Shown here in pieces: positions 51,037-62,184 of a DNA stretch of 64,000 nt. The stretch's first letter is position 1; the number at the start of each line of letters is the position of its first letter. The notes below the pieces were generated by a model. That model had not been told where the DNA came from and ran no database searches. It saw nothing but the letters and a program-made list of their open reading frames with translations. A program made the position numbers and the translations under genes. Source of the DNA: Actinomycetota bacterium (GTDB lineage Bacteria; Actinomycetota; Actinomycetes; Nanopelagicales; Nanopelagicaceae); NCBI GenBank assembly GCA_010032875.1, contig RGSB01000002.1, positions 11,546 to 75,545 of the forward strand, read 5' to 3'.

Positions 51037-52953
51037 ATGGCCGAACCAGCCAGTTATCGTCCAACTGATATCCCAGAAGAAGCTGGCGTGTATCGCTTCT
51101 ATAACGGCAATGACAAAGTTATTTATGTAGGCAAAGCCAAGAATCTAAAGAATCGTTTGAGTTCTTACTTTGGAAGCAATCTTGCGCATAAAACATATCG
51201 AATGGTGCACGAAGCTGTACGAGTGGATTGGACGGTCGTTAACACAGAACTCGAAGCACTTGCGTTAGAGTTTTCATGGATCAAGCAATATCACCCAACG
51301 TATAACGTTCAATTCAAAGACGACAAGTCATATCCATATCTGGCAATATCTATGCAAGATGAATATCCCCGAATATTTGTCACGAGAAAAGAAAAACGTC
51401 CGGGCTTAAAGTATTTTGGTCCCTATACCAATGCCTGGGCTCTGCGAAATACTTTCGATATCTTGCTCAAAGTATTTCCTGTTCGCTCCTGCACATCCGG
51501 AAATTTTCAACGTGCGCAAAAGAGTAAACGTCAATGCCTTTTAGGCGATATAGGAAAATGCGCTGCTCCATGTGTTGGTTGGGTAACTCCAGAAGAACAT
51601 AAGGAAATTGTTCACAAACTAGATGCATTTATGGAAGCTGGTATGCAAGATTTACTTCCGGCGCTGCAATCTGAAATGGAACTTGCATCTTCTCGCGAAG
51701 AATTCGAACGAGCAGCACGTATCAGGGATCAGATCGAATCATTTGAAAAAGCCCAACGCTCTACGCAAGGAAATCTTTCAGACGAGCTAGATGGTGACTT
51801 TATTGCTATCCATGAAGAGGGTTTGCACGCGGCAGGTTCGATCTTTATGTTACGTCGTGGTTCTATCAAAGGCTCTCGCTCGTGGATTGTTAATCAAGAA
51901 CTAGCACTTGAGGGAGATGACCAGTGGGCATCGTTGCTCTTTTCAATTTATGGGGGAGAGAGTACAGAAATTCCTTCCACGATTTACCTGAACTCTGAAC
52001 CTGCTGATACTGCTGCTCTTGAACAGTGGCTCTCATCCTTATCAAGGACAAAGGTCACTCTGAAGGTTCCACAACGTGGCGACAAAGTAGAACTATTAGA
52101 AACTGTAAAAAGAAATGCGCATTACGCTTTAGTTCAATTCATGAGCAAACGCGCCAGCGATGCAGCTGTCTCAGGCAAGGCCCTCCTAGAAATTGAAGAG
52201 GAGCTGAGTTTGGCCAAGACACCGTTGCGAATTGAATGCTTTGATATTTCCAATATTTCGGGAACATCTGTTGTTGCATCAATGGTTGTTTTTGAAGATG
52301 GTATTGCTAAGAAATCTGAGTATCGACGTTTCATAATCGATACAACAGAAGGTTTTGATGACACACGTGCCATGCATCAAGTAATTACCCGAAGACTAAA
52401 AAGACTACTCAATGATCGCGTAGTTGATAGTGCTGAAATCATTGAAGCCGGCGGAAAGCCAAGTAAGTTTTCATATCCTCCACAATTAATCGTTGTAGAT
52501 GGTGGAGCTCCACAAGTGAGTGCAGCGCAACGTGCAATGAGCGAATTGGGAATTTCAGATATCGCTCTATGTGGATTAGCAAAACGATTGGAAGAAGTGT
52601 GGGTACCGGAGCAATCTGATCCCATCATTTTGCCCCGCACTAGTGAAGGGCTTTATCTTTTGCAAAGAATTCGCGATGAAGCACATAGATTCGCAATATC
52701 ATTCCACCGTTCAAGACGAAGTAAAGTAATGCTCGAGTCAATCCTTGATGAAATTGAGCAACTAGGACCGAGTCGTAGGAATGCTTTGCTCGAACGCTTT
52801 GGTTCTGTAGCGGCTCTGAAAAAGGCTAGTGTTGAAGATATTGCGATGACCCCAGGCATCGGTGAAAAAATCGCTTTAATAGTTTTTGATTTCCTTGCTC
52901 ACAGTTCCACTTCAAAAATTGATACGGCTACAGGCGTTATTGAAGATGCTTGA
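51037..52953 (+). CDS. uvrC: Excinuclease ABC subunit C
   Basis: It has the GIY-YIG domain (GVYRFYNGNDKVIYVGKAKNLKNR), a UVR domain, and an endonuclease V-like and HhH C-terminus. Confidence 0.96.
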   Translation: MAEPASYRPTDIPEEAGVYRFYNGNDKVIYVGKAKNLKNRLSSYFGSNLAHKTYRMVHEAVRVDWTVVNTELEALALEFSWIKQYHPTYNVQFKDDKSYPYLAISMQDEYPRIFVTRKEKRPGLKYFGPYTNAWALRNTFDILLKVFPVRSCTSGNFQRAQKSKRQCLLGDIGKCAAPCVGWVTPEEHKEIVHKLDAFMEAGMQDLLPALQSEMELASSREEFERAARIRDQIESFEKAQRSTQGNLSDELDGDFIAIHEEGLHAAGSIFMLRRGSIKGSRSWIVNQELALEGDDQWASLLFSIYGGESTEIPSTIYLNSEPADTAALEQWLSSLSRTKVTLKVPQRGDKVELLETVKRNAHYALVQFMSKRASDAAVSGKALLEIEEELSLAKTPLRIECFDISNISGTSVVASMVVFEDGIAKKSEYRRFIIDTTEGFDDTRAMHQVITRRLKRLLNDRVVDSAEIIEAGGKPSKFSYPPQLIVVDGGAPQVSAAQRAMSELGISDIALCGLAKRLEEVWVPEQSDPIILPRTSEGLYLLQRIRDEAHRFAISFHRSRRSKVMLESILDEIEQLGPSRRNALLERFGSVAALKKASVEDIAMTPGIGEKIALIVFDFLAHSSTSKIDTATGVIEDA

Positions 52954-52974
52954 CAGGTAGGTAAAGATAGAGAC

Positions 52975-53841
52975 ATGAGCCAAGAAGTTTTAATCCTGAC
53001 AGGAATGTCGGGTGCCGGTCGGTCAACAGTGGCACACGCTTTAGAGGACCTTGGTTGGTATGTTGTCGATAATCTTCCTCCTACATTGCTCGCTGATTTG
53101 ATTAGTCAAGGCAATAAATCTGAAATTAAATCACTCGCTGTAGTTGTTGATGTTCGTGGCGGAAAATTCTTTGATGAATTAGCTTCTTCGCTGGCTAAGT
53201 TAAGGAAATCAGAAGCAAATTTTCGTGTTGCCTTTCTCGATGCATCGGATCAGGCTCTAGTACAGCGCTTTGAATCTACAAGGCGTCCGCATCCCCTTCA
53301 AGGTAAAGGTCGCATCGTTGATGGAATTGCAGCAGAACGAGAAAAACTTCAAGATCTCTTGGCTCAATCAGATGTCGTTATTGATACATCTAACTTAAAT
53401 GTGCACCAATTAGAGAAGCGAACCGCAGAAATATTTGCCCAAGGCTTGACGCATTCGGTTCGAGTAAACGTTCTCTCTTTTGGATATAAATACGGAATAC
53501 CAGTAGATGCAGATCTGGTCCTCGATTGTCGATTTATACCCAACCCTCACTGGATTCCAGAGCTGCGGCCTCTTACAGGTTTGGATGACAAAGTGAGATC
53601 AAATGTTCTTGCTAATCCCGGTGTTACTGAATTCGTTAATTCATATGTTTCGGTAATAAACCAGATGTTGTCCGGATACTTACGCGAAGGAAAGAAATAT
53701 GTGACAGTTGCTATTGGATGCACGGGTGGAAGGCATCGCAGTGTTTCGGTTGCACGTGAGATTGCGATGAAATTAGATGGAGAACGAGATGGATTTACTG
53801 TAAGTGCGCATGCTTCTCACCGAGATGTTGGACGGGAATGA
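52975..53841 (+). CDS. rapZ: RNase adapter / nucleotide-binding protein RapZ (YvcJ)
   Basis: It has the P-loop GMSGAGRS and CTGGRHRSV. Confidence 0.93.
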   Translation: MSQEVLILTGMSGAGRSTVAHALEDLGWYVVDNLPPTLLADLISQGNKSEIKSLAVVVDVRGGKFFDELASSLAKLRKSEANFRVAFLDASDQALVQRFESTRRPHPLQGKGRIVDGIAAEREKLQDLLAQSDVVIDTSNLNVHQLEKRTAEIFAQGLTHSVRVNVLSFGYKYGIPVDADLVLDCRFIPNPHWIPELRPLTGLDDKVRSNVLANPGVTEFVNSYVSVINQMLSGYLREGKKYVTVAIGCTGGRHRSVSVAREIAMKLDGERDGFTVSAHASHRDVGRE

Positions 53842-54797
53842 ATTTAGAAAAAAACTCTCCAGTCGTTTGCTTGGGCGGGGGACATGGTTTAGCAGCAACG
53901 CTATCTGCGGTAAGAAAAATTACTTCCGATATAACTGCGATTGTCACAGTTGCTGACAATGGCGGTTCAAGCGGTCGTCTTCGACAGGAATTTCCCATTT
54001 TCCCACCGGGAGATCTCAGAATGGCTCTTGCTGCATTGTGTGCTGATGATCCATGGGGAAGAAGTTGGGCAGATATTTTGCAATATAGATTCACGAGCAA
54101 TGGTCCGCTCAATGGTCACGCAGTGGGAAATCTTTTACTAGCTGCGTTGTGGGATAGAGATGTTGATCCGGTACAAGGTTTAGATCGCGTAGCCGAACTT
54201 CTGAAAGTGGTTGGCAGAGTTCTGCCGATGGCAAGTGTTCCTCTTGATATTGAAGCGAGCTTTATGGATGCCGAACAGATACAACACGTACGCGGGCAAG
54301 TAGAAGTTGCAACAGCAAAAGGTAAATTGGAGTCATTGCATCTGGTTCCTGAAAATCCTAAGGCGCTACCCGCTGCACTTAAAGCAATAGATGAAGCGAG
54401 ATGGATCACGGTTGGCCCTGGTTCGTGGTTCTCAAGTGTTCTGCCACATTTTCTGGTTCAAGAACAATTGCGAGCACTAGAGAAAACTTCTGCGCAGAAG
54501 ATAATCATTCTTAATCTTGATTCTCATCCAGAGGCCCAAGCGGATGAATTCGCCGGATACACACCTATTGAACACCTTGAAATGCTCCGCGATTACGCAC
54601 CAGGTATGAATATCGATCATGTATTAGTAGATCAGTATGAATTGGGGGATAGCCAAAGGCTTCAACTTCTTGTTGAGAGTTTTGGGGGGCAGTTACATAT
54701 TTCAGATTTGCGTAATTCTCCTGGAAGTCTTCATCACGATGTTGAAAAACTATTTTCTCTTTTGAGCCACATCATGGGCCAATCTTTGGTTGGATAA
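53838..54797 (+). CDS. yvcK: YvcK/CofD-like gluconeogenesis factor (UPF0052)
   Basis: It has [13 protein letters not shown] and [12 protein letters not shown]. It lies in the rapZ-yvcK-whiA synteny with an ATGA overlap. Confidence 0.92.
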   Translation: MNLEKNSPVVCLGGGHGLAATLSAVRKITSDITAIVTVADNGGSSGRLRQEFPIFPPGDLRMALAALCADDPWGRSWADILQYRFTSNGPLNGHAVGNLLLAALWDRDVDPVQGLDRVAELLKVVGRVLPMASVPLDIEASFMDAEQIQHVRGQVEVATAKGKLESLHLVPENPKALPAALKAIDEARWITVGPGSWFSSVLPHFLVQEQLRALEKTSAQKIIILNLDSHPEAQADEFAGYTPIEHLEMLRDYAPGMNIDHVLVDQYELGDSQRLQLLVESFGGQLHISDLRNSPGSLHHDVEKLFSLLSHIMGQSLVG

Positions 54798-54801
54798 GCA
54801 C

Positions 54802-55779
54802 ATGGCAATGACATCAGCTGTAAAGGATGAACTCAGTCGTTTGGCAATAACCAAGCCTTGTTGTCGAAAAGCCGAAGTTTCTTCCCTTCTTCGCTTTGCC
54901 GGCGGATTACATATAGCAGCAGGCAAGATTGTTATCGAAGTAGAGCTAGACACAGCCCAGAGTGCTCGGCGACTACGTAAAGATATTTCAGATATTTACG
55001 GACACGAAAGTGACTTGGCTGTTCTTTCATCGAGTGGATTACGAAAAGGTTCGCGTTATGTTGTTCGCGTGATCAACGAAGGTGAAGCGCTGGCTCGTCA
55101 AACTGGTTTAGTTGATGCAAATTCTCGACCTGTTCGTGGATTGCCCCCGCAAGTAGTCTCTGCCGCAATATGTGACTCTGAAGCAGCATGGCGCGGTGCA
55201 TTCATTGCTCATGGTTCGTTGACCGAACCAGGTCGTTCATCTTCCCTTGAAATCACATGCCCCGGACCTGAAGCAGCGCTTGCATTAGTGGGCGCAGCGC
55301 GTCGCTTGGGCATCGTTGCAAAAGCACGCGAAGTTCGTGGAGTTGATCGTGTAGTGATTCGAGATGGCGATGCTATTGGTGTACTCCTTACACGTTTAGG
55401 TGCTCATGAAAGTGTTCTTGCGTGGGAAGAGCGACGCATGCGCAGGGAAGTGCGTGCAACTGCAAATCGCTTAGCTAATTTTGATGATGCAAACCTTCGT
55501 CGATCAGCACGTGCGGCAGTTGCAGCGTCTGCACGAGTTTCACGTGCAATGGAAATTCTTGGTCCAACGATTCCCGATCATCTCAAGGAAGCCGGCGAAC
55601 TTCGTATTAGCCATGGTCAAGCAAGTTTGGAAGAACTCGGTTCTCTAGCTGTACCACCGATGACGAAGGATGCAATTGCTGGCCGTATTCGCAGACTTTT
55701 GGCGATGGCCGATAAACGCGCAGCAGAGTTAGGTATTCCAGATACCGAAGCAGGATTATCACCAGATTTGTTGAATTAA
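54802..55779 (+). CDS. whiA: Sporulation/cell-division transcription factor WhiA
   Basis: It has the N-terminus [13 protein letters not shown], a LAGLIDADG-like core and a C-terminal HTH. The track ORF starts at TTG 54790. Confidence 0.93.
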   Translation: MAMTSAVKDELSRLAITKPCCRKAEVSSLLRFAGGLHIAAGKIVIEVELDTAQSARRLRKDISDIYGHESDLAVLSSSGLRKGSRYVVRVINEGEALARQTGLVDANSRPVRGLPPQVVSAAICDSEAAWRGAFIAHGSLTEPGRSSSLEITCPGPEAALALVGAARRLGIVAKAREVRGVDRVVIRDGDAIGVLLTRLGAHESVLAWEERRMRREVRATANRLANFDDANLRRSARAAVAASARVSRAMEILGPTIPDHLKEAGELRISHGQASLEELGSLAVPPMTKDAIAGRIRRLLAMADKRAAELGIPDTEAGLSPDLLN

Positions 55780-55916
55780 TTCACGCATAATTCAATCTCT
55801 ACTTTTAAGTAATAACCCCTGCCTGATAGAGTTCGCTCATACCCCAACGTTGTGGTGCACGAGGTCCGTTCAGGATGGTTCGTTTAACTGGACCCATACA
55901 AGCAATTTATTAGTGA

Positions 55917-56923
<1,007 letters not shown>

Positions 56924-56924
<1 letters not shown>

Positions 56925-58072
56925 TGAGTTCACTTGCTTCACTTGATGTAGCAGGTAAGCGCGTTTTTCTTCGCTGTGATTTAAATGTTCCATTAAAGAA
57001 TGGAGTAATCACTGATGACGGTCGAATTCGTGCTTCCTTGCCAACTATTCAAAATCTTCTCGAACGTGGTGCATCACTCGTTATTGGTGCCCACTTAGGG
57101 CGTCCCAAAGGAGAGGCGAAACCCGAACTCTCATTGTTACCAGTTGCAAGAAAGTTGTCAGAACTTCTTGGAGAGCCAGTTGATTTCCAAACTCAAGGTT
57201 CAGCCAAGATTCTCCTTCTTGAGAATTTGCGATTCAATAACGCCGAAACCAGCAAAGATGACTCGGAGAGAAAAGTTTTTGCAAAAGAATTAGCTACATA
57301 TGCCGATCTCTATGTAGGAGATGGATTTGGAGCGGTCCACCGAAAGCATGCATCTGTTTATGATCTTCCAGCATTATTGCCAAGCGCTCCAGGATTTTTA
57401 ATCCAAGCCGAAGTCGAGGTATTGAAAAAATTAACGCAATCTCCTGTACGGCCTTATGGAGTTGTCCTTGGCGGAGCAAAGGTTTCGGACAAGATTGGTG
57501 TCATCTCAAATTTACTCTCCAAAGTAGATGTAATGGCGATAGGCGGGGGAATGGTCTTCACATTCCTTGCTGCATCAGGAAAAGAGATTGGTTCTTCATT
57601 GGTTGAGAAAGACTTAATTCCAACGGTGAAAGAACTTATCGAAACTGCTCGTAGCAAAGGCGTAACTCTCGTACTTCCCACAGACATCGTTGTTGCTCCT
57701 GAATTTGAGATTGACGCTACGCCTACCTTGGTTTCTGTTAACGCTATTCCACAAGATGAAATGGGCTTAGATATTGGTCCTGAATCAGCTGCGGCTTTTT
57801 CAACTGAAATTAAGAAATGTAAAACGGTCTTTTGGAATGGCCCGATGGGTGTTTTTGAATTCCCAAATTTTGCTCATGGCACGAAAGTCATCGCTCAAGC
57901 GCTTACCGAAGTACAAGGTATTTCAGTGGTCGGTGGGGGAGATTCAGCAGCTGCAGTTCGAGCGCTAGGATTTAAGGATTCTGACTTCGGTTATATTTCA
58001 ACTGGCGGCGGAGCATCTCTTGAATATTTAGAAGGAAAGGTTCTCCCTGGTCTCCAGGCTCTTGGACTTTAA
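56924..58072 (+). CDS. pgk: Phosphoglycerate kinase
   Basis: Motifs are [25 protein letters not shown] and GGGDS. It has a TAATG overlap with gap. Confidence 0.97.
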
Positions 58073-58104
58073 CTTCTTTCGAAACAGAAAGTGGGCTGTA
58101 CTTC

Positions 58105-58878
58105 ATGCGTAAACCTTTAATGGCTGGCAACTGGAAGATGAATCTCAACCACCTTGAAGCCATTGCGGTTGCACAAAAACTTGTATATAGCCTTGAAGAT
58201 AAAGATTACGACGCCGTAGACGTTGCAATCATTCCCCCATTTACCGACATTCGCTCGATCCAAACCCTTGTTGATGGTGATCGTCTGCGACTTCTTTACG
58301 GTGCTCAGGATCTTTCACCAGAAGCAAGCGGTGCATTTACGGGAGATATCTCTGGATCCATGTTGGCTAAACTAGGCTGCACATTCGTCATTATTGGTCA
58401 CAGCGAACGCCGTGCAATTCACCACGAAGATGACGCCCTCATCAATCGCAAAATTAGAGCCGCACTTGCACATGAGTTAACACCAATTTTTTGCGTGGGC
58501 GAAGAACTCTCAGTTCGCGAAACCGGAACTCACGTTAGTCACGTAGTACGTCAAATACGTGCCGGTCTCGAAGGTTTCCACAAACCAGATTTGAAAAAAA
58601 TCGTAATAGCCTACGAACCAGTGTGGGCAATCGGAACAGGTAAAACCGCAACCCCCGAAGATGCCGAAGAAGTATGTGCCGCCATTCGTGAAGAAATCGA
58701 AACAATCGGAAGTGCCGATATAGCAGCCAATATGCGCATTCTTTACGGTGGTTCTGTGAAGTCATCAAATATTGTCGAGATAATGAAAAAAGAGAATGTG
58801 GATGGATCTTTGATCGGTGGGGCAAGTCTGGATCCAGAAGAACTTGCCAAAATTGCTAAGTTCTACGCTACTTCCTAA
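58105..58878 (+). CDS. tpiA: Triosephosphate isomerase
   Basis: Motifs are [25 protein letters not shown] and GGASL. Confidence 0.97.
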   Translation: MRKPLMAGNWKMNLNHLEAIAVAQKLVYSLEDKDYDAVDVAIIPPFTDIRSIQTLVDGDRLRLLYGAQDLSPEASGAFTGDISGSMLAKLGCTFVIIGHSERRAIHHEDDALINRKIRAALAHELTPIFCVGEELSVRETGTHVSHVVRQIRAGLEGFHKPDLKKIVIAYEPVWAIGTGKTATPEDAEEVCAAIREEIETIGSADIAANMRILYGGSVKSSNIVEIMKKENVDGSLIGGASLDPEELAKIAKFYATS

Positions 58879-58964
58879 GTAGGTATCTGGAAGATTTAGC
58901 GGGTATCCTTATCCACCTGCCCACACTTTTGGGGCTATAGAACAGAGCAAGGGGTTCGTTACTC

Positions 58965-59192
58965 GTGAAGTTAGCACTCTCGATCATTCTGGTAATTACC
59001 AGCGTACTTATGATTCTTCTCGTACTTTTGCATAAAGGTAAGGGCGCAGGTCTCTCTGATTTGTTTGGAGGAGGAATCTCCTCAAATTACGGCGGATCAT
59101 CCGTTGTAGAGAAAAACCTTGATCGCATCACAATCGTTGTTGGTGGTTTATGGTTCGCTGGTGTCGTAGCTTTGAGTTTAGTTTTAAAGTAA
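58965..59192 (+). CDS. secG: Preprotein translocase subunit SecG
   Basis: It is 75 aa with two TM helices and LLHKGKGAGLSDLFGGG. It follows tpiA syntenically. The start is GTG. Confidence 0.9.
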   Translation: MKLALSIILVITSVLMILLVLLHKGKGAGLSDLFGGGISSNYGGSSVVEKNLDRITIVVGGLWFAGVVALSLVLK

Positions 59193-59222
59193 ATCTTCTT
59201 TACTAACCAATAGGAGTAATTC

Positions 59223-59558
59223 ATGGCAAGTGCAATTCGTGGAAGTCGTGTTGGTGCTGGCCCAATGGGCGAGGCAGAGCGCGGAGAAGCTATTGCGCGT
59301 TCCCATGTTTCATATTGGTGCTCTAACGGTCACGAAGTACGTCCTTCATTTGCAGAAGAAGAGAGCGTGGTAATACCTGCGGAGTGGGATTGCCCAAAGT
59401 GTGGTTTTCCTGCTGGGCGAGATAAAGCCAATCCACCAAGTCCAATTAAAAATGAGCCTTACAAGACGCATTTGGCGTACGTAAAAGAACGTCGTAGTGA
59501 TGCAGAGGGCGCAAAGATTCTAGAAGAAGCACTTCGTAAACTTCGAGGTGACGACTAA
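59223..59558 (+). CDS. rbpA: RNA polymerase-binding protein RbpA
   Basis: It reads IRGSRVGAGPMGEAERGE...YWCSNGHE...WDCPKCGFPA...PYKTHLAYVKERRSDAEG, the actinobacteria-specific RbpA pattern. Confidence 0.92.
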   Translation: MASAIRGSRVGAGPMGEAERGEAIARSHVSYWCSNGHEVRPSFAEEESVVIPAEWDCPKCGFPAGRDKANPPSPIKNEPYKTHLAYVKERRSDAEGAKILEEALRKLRGDD

Positions 59559-61090
59559 AGCGATTTGACTGTTGCTAAGAGCTGAGCAATACCTTCTTTG
59601 CGATTTGTTAAGTGCAATCTCGTAGTTTTTAATCCACGTTTGGCTAATGCGTTTTGATCACCAATAGCTTGCGCCATCACTAGGGTTTGAAATGTAAATC
59701 CCTTTCCAGGAACTTCAAAATCTTTCTCACAATCTGCTGTGATTTGCAAGAACGATCCATTTGGTTGACCACCTTTATGAAATTGACCAGTTGAATGCAG
59801 TAAACGTGGACCCCACCCGAAGGTTATCGGCTTGCCAGTTTTCTTGGCTAACAAATTTTGTAGCTCTTGAATATCTTTATCGGTCCTTCGATCTAAGTAG
59901 GCCATGATGGCCACATACCCGTCCATATCTATTTGTTTCAAAAAGACACTCAGTAATTCTGAGACGTTATTAGATTCTTCAAAATATGCGATACAACCTT
60001 CTAAACCTATATTGCCTAGCGTAGGAAGAGAGTTATTCCACTGCAAAAGTAATTCGCTGGTAGCCAATTTAGATTCCTGAACATTTGGTTGATTGAATGG
60101 ATCAACAGAGAGACCTGCCCCAACGAGAGCGGTAACTATTTCCCAAAAAATGAATTGAGATCCAAGATCACCGGAAACCACTAAATCGGAACTGCATGCA
60201 AAAGAAACGGACAAGCAATCTTCGTTAATAAAATCTTTAGAATTATTCAAAACGACAGGTAAACGTCCGATTCCATCTTTGCCCGTGGATTCAGCTATCA
60301 GCTGCTCTATCCAATCAGATAGCCCGGGCATCTTTGATTTTTCGTCTGTGAGTGAAAAATATTGTTTGGTATCCGAAATTAGTGAGTAAGCAGCAAGTAA
60401 TGCTGGTTCAGGATTTGAAGATAGAGATTGCAGTGTTTCTGCTGCACTATCCAAAATTATTGATACGTCGATTCCAATCAGTGCCGCTGGAACTAATCCG
60501 AAAGCGCCCAAAACACTAAATCGGCCTCCCACGTTTGGATTTGCATTGATAACTGTGAAACCTGCATCCCGAGATTCGATATCCAATGGCGATTGGGGGT
60601 CTGTCACAATCACCATATGTTCAAATTTGTTTAAGTTTGCATCATCAAAAAGTTTTTCAAAAAAGGACTTTTGACTCGCTGTTTCGATGGTCGATCCAGA
60701 TTTAGAACCCACAACAACCAAGAGTTGATCAAGTTTATGAGGAATCGCATGAGCTATGTAATGAGGATCTGTTGAATCCAAAATGAAAATTTCTTTGCCA
60801 AATGTCTGGGCAATGACTTCTGGACCCAAAGAAGATCCGCCCATTCCGCATAGAACGACATCGGTTAAGTGTTTATGTTTGGCAAAGAGTGAATCCAACT
60901 GAGCAAGCAGAGCGCGGGACTGATTAGGTAGGTCAATCCAATCCATTCGAATTTTAGCTTCGGCACTCGCTTCTGAGCCCCAAATCGTTGGATCCTTTAG
61001 TAATAAACGCTCGAAGGCATCATTCAAGATTTGATACAGATGTGAGTCAACCTGAACACTCCGGGCGTACTTATATTGCACATCAATCAT
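59555..61090 (-). CDS. pgi: Glucose-6-phosphate isomerase (SIS-domain PGI of the tal-associated type)
   Basis: It has CGMGGSSLGPEV and GSKSGSTIET SIS motifs and an overlapping start with the tal stop. Confidence 0.85.
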   Translation of the reverse strand: MIDVQYKYARSVQVDSHLYQILNDAFERLLLKDPTIWGSEASAEAKIRMDWIDLPNQSRALLAQLDSLFAKHKHLTDVVLCGMGGSSLGPEVIAQTFGKEIFILDSTDPHYIAHAIPHKLDQLLVVVGSKSGSTIETASQKSFFEKLFDDANLNKFEHMVIVTDPQSPLDIESRDAGFTVINANPNVGGRFSVLGAFGLVPAALIGIDVSIILDSAAETLQSLSSNPEPALLAAYSLISDTKQYFSLTDEKSKMPGLSDWIEQLIAESTGKDGIGRLPVVLNNSKDFINEDCLSVSFACSSDLVVSGDLGSQFIFWEIVTALVGAGLSVDPFNQPNVQESKLATSELLLQWNNSLPTLGNIGLEGCIAYFEESNNVSELLSVFLKQIDMDGYVAIMAYLDRRTDKDIQELQNLLAKKTGKPITFGWGPRLLHSTGQFHKGGQPNGSFLQITADCEKDFEVPGKGFTFQTLVMAQAIGDQNALAKRGLKTTRLHLTNRKEGIAQLLATVKSL

Positions 61091-62184
61091 GCACTGCGAA
61101 CCTTGTCAACATCATCTAGCAGTGATTGCCACGCTTTAGCGAAGGAAGCTACGCCATCGATTTCAAGTTGATCGGTTATTGAATTGAGCGAGATGCCCGT
61201 TTTCGTCAAGGCGGCTAGCAAAAGATGTGATTTTTCGATGGCTGGCGTCACGGTATTTCCATAAAATTTTCCATGGTCAAGGACTGCGTCCAATGTTGAT
61301 TGCGGCATGGTGTTTACTGTGTGAGGAGCAATAAGTTGCATGACATAGCGAGTGTCGTCGTAAGCGGGATCTTTTACTCCAGTTGAAGCCCACAGAGGAC
61401 GTTGCATATGTGCGCCTGCTGCTGAGAATTTAGTCCATCGAGCGGAATTCGACTTTTTTAGGAAGAGTTCATAGGCAAGCACAGCATTTGCTATTGCCGC
61501 TTGACCAAGCAGTTTGAGGCTTTGGGTTGTATTGATGATTTTAAGTTGCTGGTCTACAGCGGTATCGATTCGACTGATAAAAAAAGACGCAACACTATGA
61601 ATTCTCGATGCGTCATTACCTCGCTGCAGAGCTTCTTCTATTCCTGCAATAAAAGCATCAATTACTTGTTCATAACGTTGACAAGAGAAAATCAAAGTTA
61701 CATTAACGCTTATCCCACTGGCTATAAGTTCTGTAATTGCTGGAAGTCCCGCCAAAGTTGCCGGAACTTTAATCATCAAATTGGGACGATTAACTATTTG
61801 CCATAAATCCTTACCTTCAGCAATTGTTGTTGCAGTATCGTGAGCTAGTCGAGGGTCGACTTCGATGCTAACTCTGCCATCGACTCCCGAACTTTGTGAG
61901 TAAATCTCGGAGAATAAATCGCAGGCCTTTCTCACGTCATCAGTTGTGAGTTTCTTTACGATTTCCTCAGGGGAGTGCGATTTCAATCTTGCTATATCGG
62001 CTGCGTAATCAGCCGAACCAGTGATTGCTGCGTTGAAAATACTTGGATTTGTAGTTACACCTACTACACCGGAATTCTTTATCCGCGAAGGCAAACTAAG
62101 CGAATCAGATCCAGTTAGTTTGGCGCGCGATAGGTCATCAAGCCATATCGAAGTTCCTGCTGCAGCTATTTCTTTAGTGATCAT
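61087..62184 (-). CDS. tal: Transaldolase (long actinobacterial type)
   Basis: Motifs are SIWLDDLSR, GVTTNPSIF and the NLMIKVPAT Schiff-base Lys context. Confidence 0.93.
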   Translation of the reverse strand: MITKEIAAAGTSIWLDDLSRAKLTGSDSLSLPSRIKNSGVVGVTTNPSIFNAAITGSADYAADIARLKSHSPEEIVKKLTTDDVRKACDLFSEIYSQSSGVDGRVSIEVDPRLAHDTATTIAEGKDLWQIVNRPNLMIKVPATLAGLPAITELIASGISVNVTLIFSCQRYEQVIDAFIAGIEEALQRGNDASRIHSVASFFISRIDTAVDQQLKIINTTQSLKLLGQAAIANAVLAYELFLKKSNSARWTKFSAAGAHMQRPLWASTGVKDPAYDDTRYVMQLIAPHTVNTMPQSTLDAVLDHGKFYGNTVTPAIEKSHLLLAALTKTGISLNSITDQLEIDGVASFAKAWQSLLDDVDKVRSA

